Part shown: positions 46,901-55,761 of the stretch, in pieces
Layout of the letters: the number at the start of each line of letters is the position of its first letter
Position numbering within the stretch: the first letter of the stretch is position 1
Notes under the pieces: generated by a model
Databases searched by the model: none
Seen by the model: only the letters and a program-made list of their open reading frames with translations
Told to the model about the DNA's origin: nothing
Assembly: GCA_030429925.1 (NCBI GenBank)
Contig: JAUIGQ010000001.1
Coordinates: 418 to 64,417 of the forward strand
DNA from: Bacteroidia bacterium
Lineage (GTDB): Bacteria > Bacteroidota > Bacteroidia > Flavobacteriales_E > Vicingaceae
Length of the DNA stretch: 64,000 bases
Direction of reading: 5' to 3'
Translations under genes and position numbers: made by a program

Positions 46901-47188
46901 TTACATTCCTTCAGCTGCATCATCTGCAGCATCTTCAACTTCATCAGCAGCTTCTTCAACTGCATCTTCCATTTCATCAGTTGCTTCTTCAACGGCTTCC
47001 ATGGCTTCTCCAGCAGTAGAGTCAGCTTCTTCAGCCATCTCTTCCATCTCAGCATCCATTTCATCCATCATCTCTTGCGCTTCTTGCTCAGTATCTTCAG
47101 TTGTAGTCTCAGCTTTTTCAGCAGGAGATGAACATGAAGAGATAGCAAAAGCAGAAGCTAGTAGCATTAATGTGAATAGTCGTTTCAT
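46901..47188 (-). CDS. Hyper-acidic, Met-rich low-complexity lipoprotein
   Basis: 'MKRLFTLMLLASAFAISSC' lipobox. The mature region is about 76 aa and almost entirely E/D/A/M/T, with quasi-repeats (EAMEAVEEATDEMEDAVEEAADEVEDAADD). By hand count there is 1 basic residue and about 33 acidic residues. Confidence 0.6.
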   Translation of the reverse strand: MKRLFTLMLLASAFAISSCSSPAEKAETTTEDTEQEAQEMMDEMDAEMEEMAEEADSTAGEAMEAVEEATDEMEDAVEEAADEVEDAADDAAEGM

Positions 47189-47369
47189 AAGATTTGTGGT
47201 TTAGTGAATTAACTGCAAAAGTAGGAAAAGTAATCGATTTTTGATAATAGAGGGTTTTCCAAGGAATTAATCTGTTTTTTACTAAACAATCAATACTTTT
47301 AGATGTCTTAATAATGGATAATATTTCGACCTTAGTCGAATAGATTTTTAATCAAAAAATAAATTAATC

Positions 47370-47975
47370 ATGGCGTTTAGCTTACCAAACCTACCTTATT
47401 CTCATGATGCTTTGGAACCTCATATTGATACTAAAACCATGGAAATTCACCATGGAAAACATCATAATGGTTACACCAATAATCTTAATGCTGCAATTGA
47501 GGGAACAGAATTGGAGAATGAGTCTATAGAAAACATATTAAAGAACATATCTAAGCATTCTACTGCGGTTAGAAATAATGGTGGTGGATATTATAATCAC
47601 GACCTTTTCTGGAAAGTAATGTCTCCGAATGGAGGAGGCGCTCCTATAGGTGAAGTTGCTCAAATGATCGATAGTTCATTTGGTTCCTTTGATTCATTCA
47701 AGGATGCCTTCAGTAAGGCAGCAGCAACAAGATTCGGATCAGGATGGGCATGGTTGTGTTACAACAATGGCAAATTAGAAGTTTGCTCTACCCCAAATCA
47801 AGATAATCCATTGATGGATGATGCCGGTTGCAGTGGTATCCCAATTCTTGGTATTGATGTGTGGGAACATGCCTATTATTTGAATTACCAAAATAGGAGA
47901 CCTGATTACATCAATGCATTTTTCAATGTTATCAATTGGGAGCAAGTAAATGCTAACTTAGCAGCTGCTAAGTAA
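47370..47975 (+). CDS. Superoxide dismutase, Fe/Mn family
   Basis: '[25 protein letters not shown]' and 'DVWEHAYYL'. 201 aa. Confidence 0.96.
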   Translation: MAFSLPNLPYSHDALEPHIDTKTMEIHHGKHHNGYTNNLNAAIEGTELENESIENILKNISKHSTAVRNNGGGYYNHDLFWKVMSPNGGGAPIGEVAQMIDSSFGSFDSFKDAFSKAAATRFGSGWAWLCYNNGKLEVCSTPNQDNPLMDDAGCSGIPILGIDVWEHAYYLNYQNRRPDYINAFFNVINWEQVNANLAAAK

Positions 47976-47982
47976 GTATTGA

Positions 47983-48408
47983 ATGAAGTTTTCTTTTCTC
48001 TTATGTACGCTGATTATTATGTCTTTTTCGGCTGTGATCTCAGCCAATACTATAGAAGGAAAGATATTTGATGAAACAATCATAATGAATGAGGAGCGTG
48101 GATCGTCTCCTCATTTTTTATTTCCCCTCGATAGCACCCTGCAATCAGATACAGCATATGTTCCCAAAAAAAGAAAATTAAAGGCTGTATTGCTTTCTAT
48201 TTTGCTTGGGCATTTTGGAGTTCATAGGATCTACTTGGGTACCAAACCAAATGTTCCGGTGGCTTATAGCCTTACCCTTGGAGGTGGCTTGGGTTTACTG
48301 CCCCTGATAGATGCGATCATGATCATTAAAAGTGATGACCTAGATAGTTTCTCCAATAACGACCGAGTAATAATGTGGTCAAAGCAGAAGGAAACTACTC
48401 AACCGTAA
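47983..48408 (+). CDS. TM2 domain-containing membrane protein
   Basis: 'LLSILLGHFGVHRIYLG' followed by a second TM segment is the TM2 domain pattern. N-terminal signal peptide. Confidence 0.7.
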   Translation: MKFSFLLCTLIIMSFSAVISANTIEGKIFDETIIMNEERGSSPHFLFPLDSTLQSDTAYVPKKRKLKAVLLSILLGHFGVHRIYLGTKPNVPVAYSLTLGGGLGLLPLIDAIMIIKSDDLDSFSNNDRVIMWSKQKETTQP

Positions 48409-50233
48409 CGGATTTTGCCAGGTTTCTTGGTTGATCTACATTGCAACCTCTTAATACAGCAATATGATATGCAAGTAATTGCAATGGAATAACAGTGATC
48501 AATGGGTCTAAGAACTCCTCTGTTTCAGGGATCTCAATTACATAATCAGCCATCTCTTTCACACTTACATCCCCTTCTGTTACAATTCCGATGATCTTTC
48601 CATTTCTAGCTTTAACTTCTTGAATGTTACTCACTACTTTTTGGTAAGAACCCTTTCTTGTTGCAATTGCAACAACAGGCATATTTTCATCGATCAATGC
48701 GATTGGACCGTGTTTCATTTCTGCAGCTGGATAGCCTTCTGCATGTATGTATGATATCTCTTTTAATTTCAGAGCTCCCTCTAAAGCTACAGGGAAGTTA
48801 TATCCTCTTCCCAAGTAAAGGAAATTGTGAGCATCCTTGAAAAGGTCTGCCAAGTATTTGATCTGATCATTGGTTTTTAAAACCTTTTCTACCATATTGG
48901 GAATAGAATCCAACTGAGAGATGAGGCTTCTATATTTGGATTTGGAAATACTTCCCTTTTTCTCTGCTAAACTAAGTGCCATTAAGGCCAGAATAGTGAT
49001 CTGAGCGGTAAATGCCTTTGTAGATGCCACACCTATCTCAGGTCCAGCGTGAGTATATGAGCCACCATCAGTTGCTCTTGCAATGGAAGAACCAACTACA
49101 TTGCAGATCCCATATATCGTGGCACCCTTTTCCTTAGCTAGTTCAAGGGCTGCTAAAGTGTCAGCAGTTTCACCTGACTGACTTATTGCAATAACAATAT
49201 CTTTCTCGGATATAATTGGATTTCTATATCTGAATTCAGATGCATATTCAACCTCTACAGGTATTCTAGCCAGGTCTTCGATCATATATTCCCCAACCAG
49301 AGCAGAATGCCAAGATGTTCCGCATGCAACGAAGATTATTCGATTGGCATTCAAGAATTTGGATTCAAACTCTTCAATACCGCCCATTACGATCTTCCCT
49401 GTTGAAGGATTAAACCTTCCAAGCATACTATTTCTGATAGAGGTTGGCTGTTCATAGATCTCCTTTAGCATGAAATGATCAAAGCCGCCTTTTTCAATTG
49501 CTTCAAGATTCAACTCCAGCTCTTCAATGTATGGAGTTACTTTCTGATTAGCGATGTTGGTGATCTTTACTTCATCATTCTTGTCGATCACTGCTATCTG
49601 CTCATCATCCAAGTAGATAACATTCTTGGTGTATTCAATAATCGGACTTGCATCTGATGCAACAAAGAATTCACCTTTTCCAACTCCAATTACCAGTGGG
49701 CTGCTATTTCTTGCTGCGATCAATCTATCGGGATTGTCCTTTTCCAAAAGTACAATGGCATATGCACCAACAACTTCATTCAGAGCAATTCTAGTTGCTT
49801 CAGCAAGGTCTACTTTCTCATTATTCTGAATGTCCTCTATCAAATGAACAAGTACTTCAGTATCTGTATCACTTGAAAATTCGTGACCTCTTTTGATCAA
49901 TTCCTTTTTAAGGGCATCATAATTCTCTATGATTCCATTGTGAATAATGGCGATATTGCCATTTCCACTGATGTGTGGGTGTGCATTCTCATCGTTTGGA
50001 GGTCCGTGAGTGGCCCATCTAGTATGCCCAATACCTATAGTTGATTCAAGGTTTTTCCCTTCGGTAAATTCTTCAAGTTTTGAAACTTTTCCCTTCTTCT
50101 TATAAAGATTGATCCCCCCGTTCAATAGTGCAACACCAGCACTATCATATCCTCTGTATTCAAGTCTTTTAAGGCCCTTTATAATGATGGGATAAGCCTC
50201 TTTTTTACCTACATAAGCTACGATTCCACACAT
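48395..50233 (-). CDS. glmS: Glutamine--fructose-6-phosphate aminotransferase (isomerising)
   Basis: 'MCGIVAY' N-terminal nucleophile Cys, two SIS domains, and the C-terminal 'NLAKSVTVE'. 612 aa. Confidence 0.97.
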   Translation of the reverse strand: MCGIVAYVGKKEAYPIIIKGLKRLEYRGYDSAGVALLNGGINLYKKKGKVSKLEEFTEGKNLESTIGIGHTRWATHGPPNDENAHPHISGNGNIAIIHNGIIENYDALKKELIKRGHEFSSDTDTEVLVHLIEDIQNNEKVDLAEATRIALNEVVGAYAIVLLEKDNPDRLIAARNSSPLVIGVGKGEFFVASDASPIIEYTKNVIYLDDEQIAVIDKNDEVKITNIANQKVTPYIEELELNLEAIEKGGFDHFMLKEIYEQPTSIRNSMLGRFNPSTGKIVMGGIEEFESKFLNANRIIFVACGTSWHSALVGEYMIEDLARIPVEVEYASEFRYRNPIISEKDIVIAISQSGETADTLAALELAKEKGATIYGICNVVGSSIARATDGGSYTHAGPEIGVASTKAFTAQITILALMALSLAEKKGSISKSKYRSLISQLDSIPNMVEKVLKTNDQIKYLADLFKDAHNFLYLGRGYNFPVALEGALKLKEISYIHAEGYPAAEMKHGPIALIDENMPVVAIATRKGSYQKVVSNIQEVKARNGKIIGIVTEGDVSVKEMADYVIEIPETEEFLDPLITVIPLQLLAYHIAVLRGCNVDQPRNLAKSVTVE

Positions 50234-51595
50234 TTATTCTGCTGTATTTGAGTAGTATAAATTTAGCTTTATTTTTTCATTGCTTTGGGCTGGGCCGAAG
50301 AGTACTGACCTCTCCGGACTAGTAGCACTACCTTCTACAAGAACTACTAAAGCCTTTGAGGTGCTGGTTCCTTGAATGATCGATTGAATATATCTATTGA
50401 TGTTGAATACATAAGCGTTTCTGCTGATATCATAAGAACCTCCAAAGTAGTTGATACCTTCAAAGAAATCGTCTAAGAACTCAAGTCCACCAGACTCATT
50501 TTTGGATGCCAATATTAACTGATCTGCGAAACCTGTTCGAGTATAGCTGCCTTTTGCCAAGGGCAGGACCAACTCCGCATTGTTGACCACAATAGAAGAA
50601 TCCTTGAACCTATCCTTCAAATTAGGGAATTGAAGTTCAGTTTGTATTCCGGCCATACCGGAGGCATACAAATAAAGAGAATCAACTTTCCCGTCATCTA
50701 TAATGTTTTGGATGGCAGAGCCGGTATAATTGTGCTTGTAGTTACTAAATCTAGCACTATTGGAGGTGATAGGGAAATCTACCACTTTTTTGCTGCTATC
50801 ACCATTGGGGTCAACAGCTGTGAAGAAAACACTTAGTTTGCTTTGGATATTTGTAAGTGCTAAAGAAAGAATGGAAATACCATTTTGACCTGGCTGCAAA
50901 GCATCAGGGGTTTGGATTCGGAAACCTTTAAGGAAGTTAGTAAAGTTGACATTGTTTTCTACTTCAGCCATACCGGATTTTGCAAGGATCTCATCTCCAA
51001 GAGCATTGTCTAAGGAGATCCTTATCTGTGGAGCAAGAGTTAGAGTATCGTAACTGCCTCCTAAATTAGGACGAGCTATTACCACATTGGAGGTATTGTT
51101 TGGCAAGAAGGTCTTACTTCCCAACAAGGCAGGAATGATCCTAGCAGTATCATCAGAATAATAGATTGCAGAGCTTTCTAATTTCTCATCCAAACGGTAA
51201 ACTTCCAAAGTAGTTTGAGAACTATCTCCAAATATGCTCCTATAAGGAAAACTGATCACTACTGAATCGGTAATGAAGGTCTCGTCCGGTTCATAGAAGA
51301 CCTGAAAGTTAGATATCAATAAAGGCTGAACATAGAAAGAGGCTTTTGATAGACCAAAAACTGAATCTCTGTATATCCCTACCAAGCCGTTGGATACACC
51401 ATCAGTTAAAATAGAGTCTACAGTCTTTGCTTGTGCAGTTATCTCTATGGCATCTGAAAAACGACCAGCTAGTCCACTTTCGACAAAATCAGGATTTAGA
51501 TCGCCCTCTTCCTTACAGGCGTATAATCCAACTAATAAAAAACATGCGGAAAGAGCAATTGCTTTCCGCATGAATGTAAAATGGTATGTTTTCAT
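50234..51595 (-). CDS. DUF4270-like lipoprotein (unknown function)
   Basis: Lipobox 'SACFLLVGLYAC'. About 450 aa, beta-rich. It lies between a short GlgA-like gene and glmS, a position I recall as typical for DUF4270 in Bacteroidota (from memory, unchecked). The start is ambiguous (ATG at 51595 or 51571); the 51625 start overlaps the upstream gene. Confidence 0.5.
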   Translation of the reverse strand: MKTYHFTFMRKAIALSACFLLVGLYACKEEGDLNPDFVESGLAGRFSDAIEITAQAKTVDSILTDGVSNGLVGIYRDSVFGLSKASFYVQPLLISNFQVFYEPDETFITDSVVISFPYRSIFGDSSQTTLEVYRLDEKLESSAIYYSDDTARIIPALLGSKTFLPNNTSNVVIARPNLGGSYDTLTLAPQIRISLDNALGDEILAKSGMAEVENNVNFTNFLKGFRIQTPDALQPGQNGISILSLALTNIQSKLSVFFTAVDPNGDSSKKVVDFPITSNSARFSNYKHNYTGSAIQNIIDDGKVDSLYLYASGMAGIQTELQFPNLKDRFKDSSIVVNNAELVLPLAKGSYTRTGFADQLILASKNESGGLEFLDDFFEGINYFGGSYDISRNAYVFNINRYIQSIIQGTSTSKALVVLVEGSATSPERSVLFGPAQSNEKIKLNLYYSNTAE

Positions 51596-51599
51596 GAAT

Positions 51600-52412
51600 C
51601 TACTCTGCCAATACTTCTTCTTCAACTAAAACTTCATCGTAAAAATCACTGTAAGCATCAACGTATTCTTCGCCTTGGTAGGATAGCACCGGCACATCAA
51701 CATCATCAGCTATAGATGCAGCGCTTTCCTCACCAATGATCACTCCATCAGACCATTTGGCTGCAGCCTTGCATAAGTTTTGATGAGAAGGATCAATAAA
51801 GTCTTTCACATCATCTTCAGTAACTCCATCCATAATGATCTTTCTGCCGAATTTTTCATCCAACTTTCCTTTAAAGCAATCATTGTATACAGAAGTAACC
51901 ACCTTTGAATTCTCAAATAATGGCTCATTTTTATAGGAAGTCTTTAAATAAAGGGGAATCAAACTCGTCATCCATCCATGACAATGGATCAGATCAGGAG
52001 CCCATCCTAATTTCTTCACTGTTTCTAGTACTCCTCTGCAAAAGAAAATGGCTCTTTCATCATTGTCCTCGAAGAAGTTGCCTTCTTTGTCTTCAAGCAC
52101 AGCTTTTCTTTGGAAATAGTCTTCATTATCAATGAAGTATACTTGCATCCTAGCAGGCTGTATAGAAGCTACTTTTATGATCAACGGATGGTCATTGTCA
52201 TCAATGATCAGGTTCATACCCGAAAGTCGGATCACTTCATGTAATTGATTCCTTCTCTCATTGATACAGCCGAACTTAGGCATGAAAGTGCGAATCTCCC
52301 TTCCTTTTTCTTGCATACTTTGCGGAAGGTTTCGACTTATTTGAGAGATTTGTGTTTCGGGGAGATAAGGGGTTATTTCTTGAGAAATGTAGAGAACTCT
52401 TTTCTTACTCAT
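51600..52412 (-). CDS. Short glycogen/starch-synthase-like protein (GT5 N-terminal domain only)
   Basis: 'RVLYISQEITPY' and 'PDLIHCHGWMTSLIPLYLK' match the GlgA N-terminal Rossmann half. At 270 aa it is about half the length of a full GT-B synthase. Confidence 0.65.
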   Translation of the reverse strand: MSKKRVLYISQEITPYLPETQISQISRNLPQSMQEKGREIRTFMPKFGCINERRNQLHEVIRLSGMNLIIDDNDHPLIIKVASIQPARMQVYFIDNEDYFQRKAVLEDKEGNFFEDNDERAIFFCRGVLETVKKLGWAPDLIHCHGWMTSLIPLYLKTSYKNEPLFENSKVVTSVYNDCFKGKLDEKFGRKIIMDGVTEDDVKDFIDPSHQNLCKAAAKWSDGVIIGEESAASIADDVDVPVLSYQGEEYVDAYSDFYDEVLVEEEVLAE

Positions 52413-52525
52413 ACGGAAGTAATTTGTTAATAAAGCCCTACAAAATTACGGAAATTTTTAGTGAGTTAGCAAGAATTATAGGAATTACAGGCCTCTTGAA
52501 GACAAAAGAAACCACCCACAAATAC

Positions 52526-52533
52526 TATTTTTG
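52526..52533 (+). promoter_or_regulatory. Candidate Bacteroidota -7 promoter element (TAnnTTTG) for panC
   Basis: TATTTTTG lies 17 nt upstream of the panC ATG, in the divergent intergenic region. Confidence 0.3.
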
Positions 52534-52549
52534 ACCCATTATTATACGA

Positions 52550-53401
52550 ATGCAGATCTTCAAAAGCTCCCCAGAAATTTCAGATTATCTCAAATCCTTG
52601 CACAATGGTCAAACGGTAGGGTTTGTCCCAACAATGGGGGCTTTGCATTCAGGCCATTCTGCATTGGTTGAAAGGTCTGTTGCTGAGAATGATATCACTA
52701 TATGCTCAATTTTCGTTAACCCACTCCAATTCAATAGGAAGGAAGACCTGGATACTTACCCGGATAGAATGCAAGCCGACATAGATCTGCTTGAAGACCT
52801 AAATTGTCATATTCTGTTCAACCCTAGTAAAGAAGATATCTATTCTGATGAATCCCGCTTAACATATGATTTTGGTAGTATTGGAAAGGGTATGGAAGCA
52901 GAGTACAGGCCAGGTCATTTTGAGGGAGTTGCTGAGGTGATCCATCGCTTTTTCAATATTTTAAAACCAACTAGAGCCTATTTTGGTGAAAAGGATTATC
53001 AGCAACTGGCAATTGTGAGATGGTTAACTGAAAAGTATGCGCATTCAACAGAGATCGTAGGCTGCGAAACCATTAGGGATAAAAGTGGTTTAGCTATGAG
53101 TTCGCGCAATTACAATCTAAGTGCTGAAGAATATGAAAAAGCCTCAGATATCTTCAAGACCTTAAGTTATTGCAGAGATAATAAAGGATCTTTTCAACCT
53201 CAAGAATTAGCTAAAATCTGCTTTGATATGTTGAGTGTTGATTTTCGACCCGAATATTTTACGATCGCTGATCAATTCACCATGGAACCGCTTAAGGAAT
53301 GGACTGATTCAGAATACCCAAGAGCTTTTGTAGCAGCTTATTGCGGAAATGTGCGCTTGATCGATAACCTTTCCTTAATAACCAACAAGAATGAAAAGTA
53401 A
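52550..53401 (+). CDS. panC: Pantoate--beta-alanine ligase
   Basis: 'GFVPTMGALHSGH', 'SIFVNPLQF' and 'FGEKDYQQ'. 283 aa. Confidence 0.95.
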   Translation: MQIFKSSPEISDYLKSLHNGQTVGFVPTMGALHSGHSALVERSVAENDITICSIFVNPLQFNRKEDLDTYPDRMQADIDLLEDLNCHILFNPSKEDIYSDESRLTYDFGSIGKGMEAEYRPGHFEGVAEVIHRFFNILKPTRAYFGEKDYQQLAIVRWLTEKYAHSTEIVGCETIRDKSGLAMSSRNYNLSAEEYEKASDIFKTLSYCRDNKGSFQPQELAKICFDMLSVDFRPEYFTIADQFTMEPLKEWTDSEYPRAFVAAYCGNVRLIDNLSLITNKNEK

Positions 53402-54416
53402 AATTCTTTCTTTCTTAAAAGTTGCTCTGCCACTAGCTTTTGGAGTGTTTTTGATATGGTTTGTGTTCAAAGACCTTGAGACCGAGGAAAGGGATGAGTT
53501 GATCAGTGCATTTAAAGAAGCAAATTATCTATGGATCTTGCTCTCAATGTGCTTAGGGGTCTTGAGTCATTTGAGCAGGGCAGAGAGATGGAAGTACACC
53601 ATAAGACCTTTGGGAAAAACACCGAGGTTTTGGAATAGCTTTTTTACGGTAATGATCGGTTATGTAGCTAATTATGCTTTGCCAAGATTAGGGGAGGTAA
53701 CAAGACCGGGTCTATTGGCGAGATATGAAAAGCTATCTTTTAACAAGCTTTTTGGAACCATTGTAGCTGAAAGGGTGGCAGATCTTATCATTCTTGCAGT
53801 GATCATGGCTGGTATTGTGATCATGGAATTGGATGTATTAAAAGATTCACTTTATTCGCTCATTGAAGAAGGCTCAGGCAAGTTTAGCCCCAAAAAGATC
53901 ATGATACTTGCAAGTGTTGCAATTGTTGTCTTTGCAGCATTTTTCTTCTTTATGCTTTCTAAATCTTCCAATCCGTTCTTTATGAAGATAAGAGAGTTTT
54001 TAAGAGGGATCTATGAAGGGGTATTGTCCATTTTGAAAATGAAGGATAAAATACCTTTCATATTGCATACCCTTTTCATATGGATTATGTATATTGGAAT
54101 GTTCTATCTCTGCTTTTTCAGCCTGGAAGAAACTTCATCAGTTTCATTCTCAGCTGTATTGGCAGCATTTGTAATGGGAAGTTTATCTATTGTATTTGTA
54201 CAAGGTGGATTAGGCGTTTTCCCCATTGCAATAATGGAAAGCTTGATGCTCTATGGAGTATCAAAAACTGGAGCGTTAGCACTAGGATGGATCCTTTGGT
54301 CGTCACAAACCTTAATGATCATCATCCTAGGTGTAGCAAGCATTCCACTTTTAAGGTGGTACAACAGAAACAATGATGTTGAAGAAGGTACAGGTTTCGC
54401 AAAACAAGATAGTTGA
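53391..54416 (+). CDS. Flippase-like / lysylphosphatidylglycerol-synthase TM-region (UPF0104) membrane protein
   Basis: 341 aa with about 8 TM segments. 'RAERWKYTIRPLG' and 'LPRLGEVTRP' fit the UPF0104 pattern. Confidence 0.6.
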   Translation: MKSKILSFLKVALPLAFGVFLIWFVFKDLETEERDELISAFKEANYLWILLSMCLGVLSHLSRAERWKYTIRPLGKTPRFWNSFFTVMIGYVANYALPRLGEVTRPGLLARYEKLSFNKLFGTIVAERVADLIILAVIMAGIVIMELDVLKDSLYSLIEEGSGKFSPKKIMILASVAIVVFAAFFFFMLSKSSNPFFMKIREFLRGIYEGVLSILKMKDKIPFILHTLFIWIMYIGMFYLCFFSLEETSSVSFSAVLAAFVMGSLSIVFVQGGLGVFPIAIMESLMLYGVSKTGALALGWILWSSQTLMIIILGVASIPLLRWYNRNNDVEEGTGFAKQDS

Positions 54417-54873
54417 TAAGGAGGATCTTCATTGGATATTGAACCAGTGGAGATTTAAGGATCATAAACTGGTCTTTACCAATGGCTGCTTTGATATTCT
54501 TCATAAAGGTCATGTGGAGTATCTGGCTAATGCTGCAGATCAAGGAGATAAATTGATCATCGCTGTAAATACGGATGCTTCTGTTAGTCGACAGAATAAA
54601 GGGAAGAACAGGCCACTGCAAGATCAATCAAGCAGAACCTTATTGCTTGCATCACTTCACTTTGTAGATCTAGTCGTTCTCTTTGATGAAGATACTCCTC
54701 TAGAGCTCATTAAATTGGTTCAGCCGGATGTTTTGGTGAAAGGAGCAGACTATGAGATCAAAGACATTGTTGGACATGAGATCGTTCAGGCAAAAGGGGG
54801 AGAAGTAAAGAGGATATCCTTCCTAGAGGGCTATTCTACTTCAAAAATCATTGAAAAAGCTAAGACAGACTGA
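54373..54873 (+). CDS. rfaE2: D-glycero-beta-D-manno-heptose 1-phosphate adenylyltransferase-like cytidylyltransferase (RfaE domain II)
   Basis: 'VFTNGCFDILHKGHVEYL' (the HxGH nucleotidyltransferase motif), 'LIIAVNTDASV' and 'DVLVKGADY'. 166 aa. The 5' end overlaps the preceding gene. Confidence 0.75.
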   Translation: MMLKKVQVSQNKIVDKEDLHWILNQWRFKDHKLVFTNGCFDILHKGHVEYLANAADQGDKLIIAVNTDASVSRQNKGKNRPLQDQSSRTLLLASLHFVDLVVLFDEDTPLELIKLVQPDVLVKGADYEIKDIVGHEIVQAKGGEVKRISFLEGYSTSKIIEKAKTD

Positions 54874-54874
54874 T

Positions 54875-55741
54875 ATGAAAAGATCTACTTTCCTTTTGAC
54901 AGTGCTCATACTTTCACCTTTCATTGGAGCATTAGGCCAAGATTCTCTAAGCACCTATATGACTGAGGGAAATAAGCAGTATGAAGCTGAAAAATATGCT
55001 AATGCTGAGAAATCATTCCATTATGCTGTAAAGCTTGATGCCTCCAATTATGAAGCATTGAAAATGCTGGCAGATAGCAAACACAAGCAGGAGAAATTCG
55101 AGGAAGCTGTTGAGGTCTATGACAAAGCTGAAGAACTTCGGGAAAATGACCCTGAACTTTACTTCAATAGAGGTGCTGCCTATGTTTTTATTGAAAATTT
55201 TAGATTAGCGATAAAGGATTTCAATAAGTCTGTGGAGTTAAGACCTGACTTTCCCGATGTATATTATTATAGAGGATACTGTATGGCAGCGCAAGAAAGG
55301 TATAAGGCTGCTATTGCTGACTATAACAAGGCCATTGAACTAAATCCGGATTATGCAGCAGCTTACTACAATAGAGGAGCTGCAAAAGCCGAACTAAAGA
55401 GCTATGAAGCCGGTATGGCTGATTTTGAACTTGCATTAGATAAGCAACCTGACCTGGTTAATGGAAGGATCAATATTGCCTTGAGCAAGCTTGGGATGAA
55501 AATGTATGAAGAGGCGATAGTAGATCTTACAAAGGTGATCGATATGAGAGATGAGAATTTAGCTAAGGCATACTACTATAGAGGGGAAGCAAAGTTTGAG
55601 GTAGATCGGAAGGAAGATGGTTGCGCCGATTGGCGAAGAGCTTCCAATCTAGGTCACGAGCAAGCTACTCAAAACGTCAATGATTTTTGCTCAGATGGCA
55701 AACGCAAGGCCAAGAGAAGAGAGATCGATATTGTATTCTAA
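54875..55741 (+). CDS. Secreted tetratricopeptide-repeat protein
   Basis: Signal peptide 'MKRSTFLLTVLILSPFIGALGQ'. Repeated 'A..dy.kAieL.Pdy..ayy.RG' TPR units. The ATG at 54875 is preferred. Confidence 0.8.
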   Translation: MKRSTFLLTVLILSPFIGALGQDSLSTYMTEGNKQYEAEKYANAEKSFHYAVKLDASNYEALKMLADSKHKQEKFEEAVEVYDKAEELRENDPELYFNRGAAYVFIENFRLAIKDFNKSVELRPDFPDVYYYRGYCMAAQERYKAAIADYNKAIELNPDYAAAYYNRGAAKAELKSYEAGMADFELALDKQPDLVNGRINIALSKLGMKMYEEAIVDLTKVIDMRDENLAKAYYYRGEAKFEVDRKEDGCADWRRASNLGHEQATQNVNDFCSDGKRKAKRREIDIVF

Positions 55742-55761
55742 AAATTCTTTAATTCATTTCT

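Noticed and set aside
46744-47204. Two ORFs overlapping the acidic lipoprotein gene. One is in another frame on the same strand (46744-47064, 'MKWMLRWKRWLKKL...'). The other is on the + strand (47001-47204).
   Set aside because: They are by-products of the GAA/GAT/GCA-rich repeat, since any frame of a repetitive sequence free of stop codons stays open. Only the 46901-47188 frame has a lipoprotein signal peptide, so I preferred it. The coding status of the locus itself still needs confirmation.
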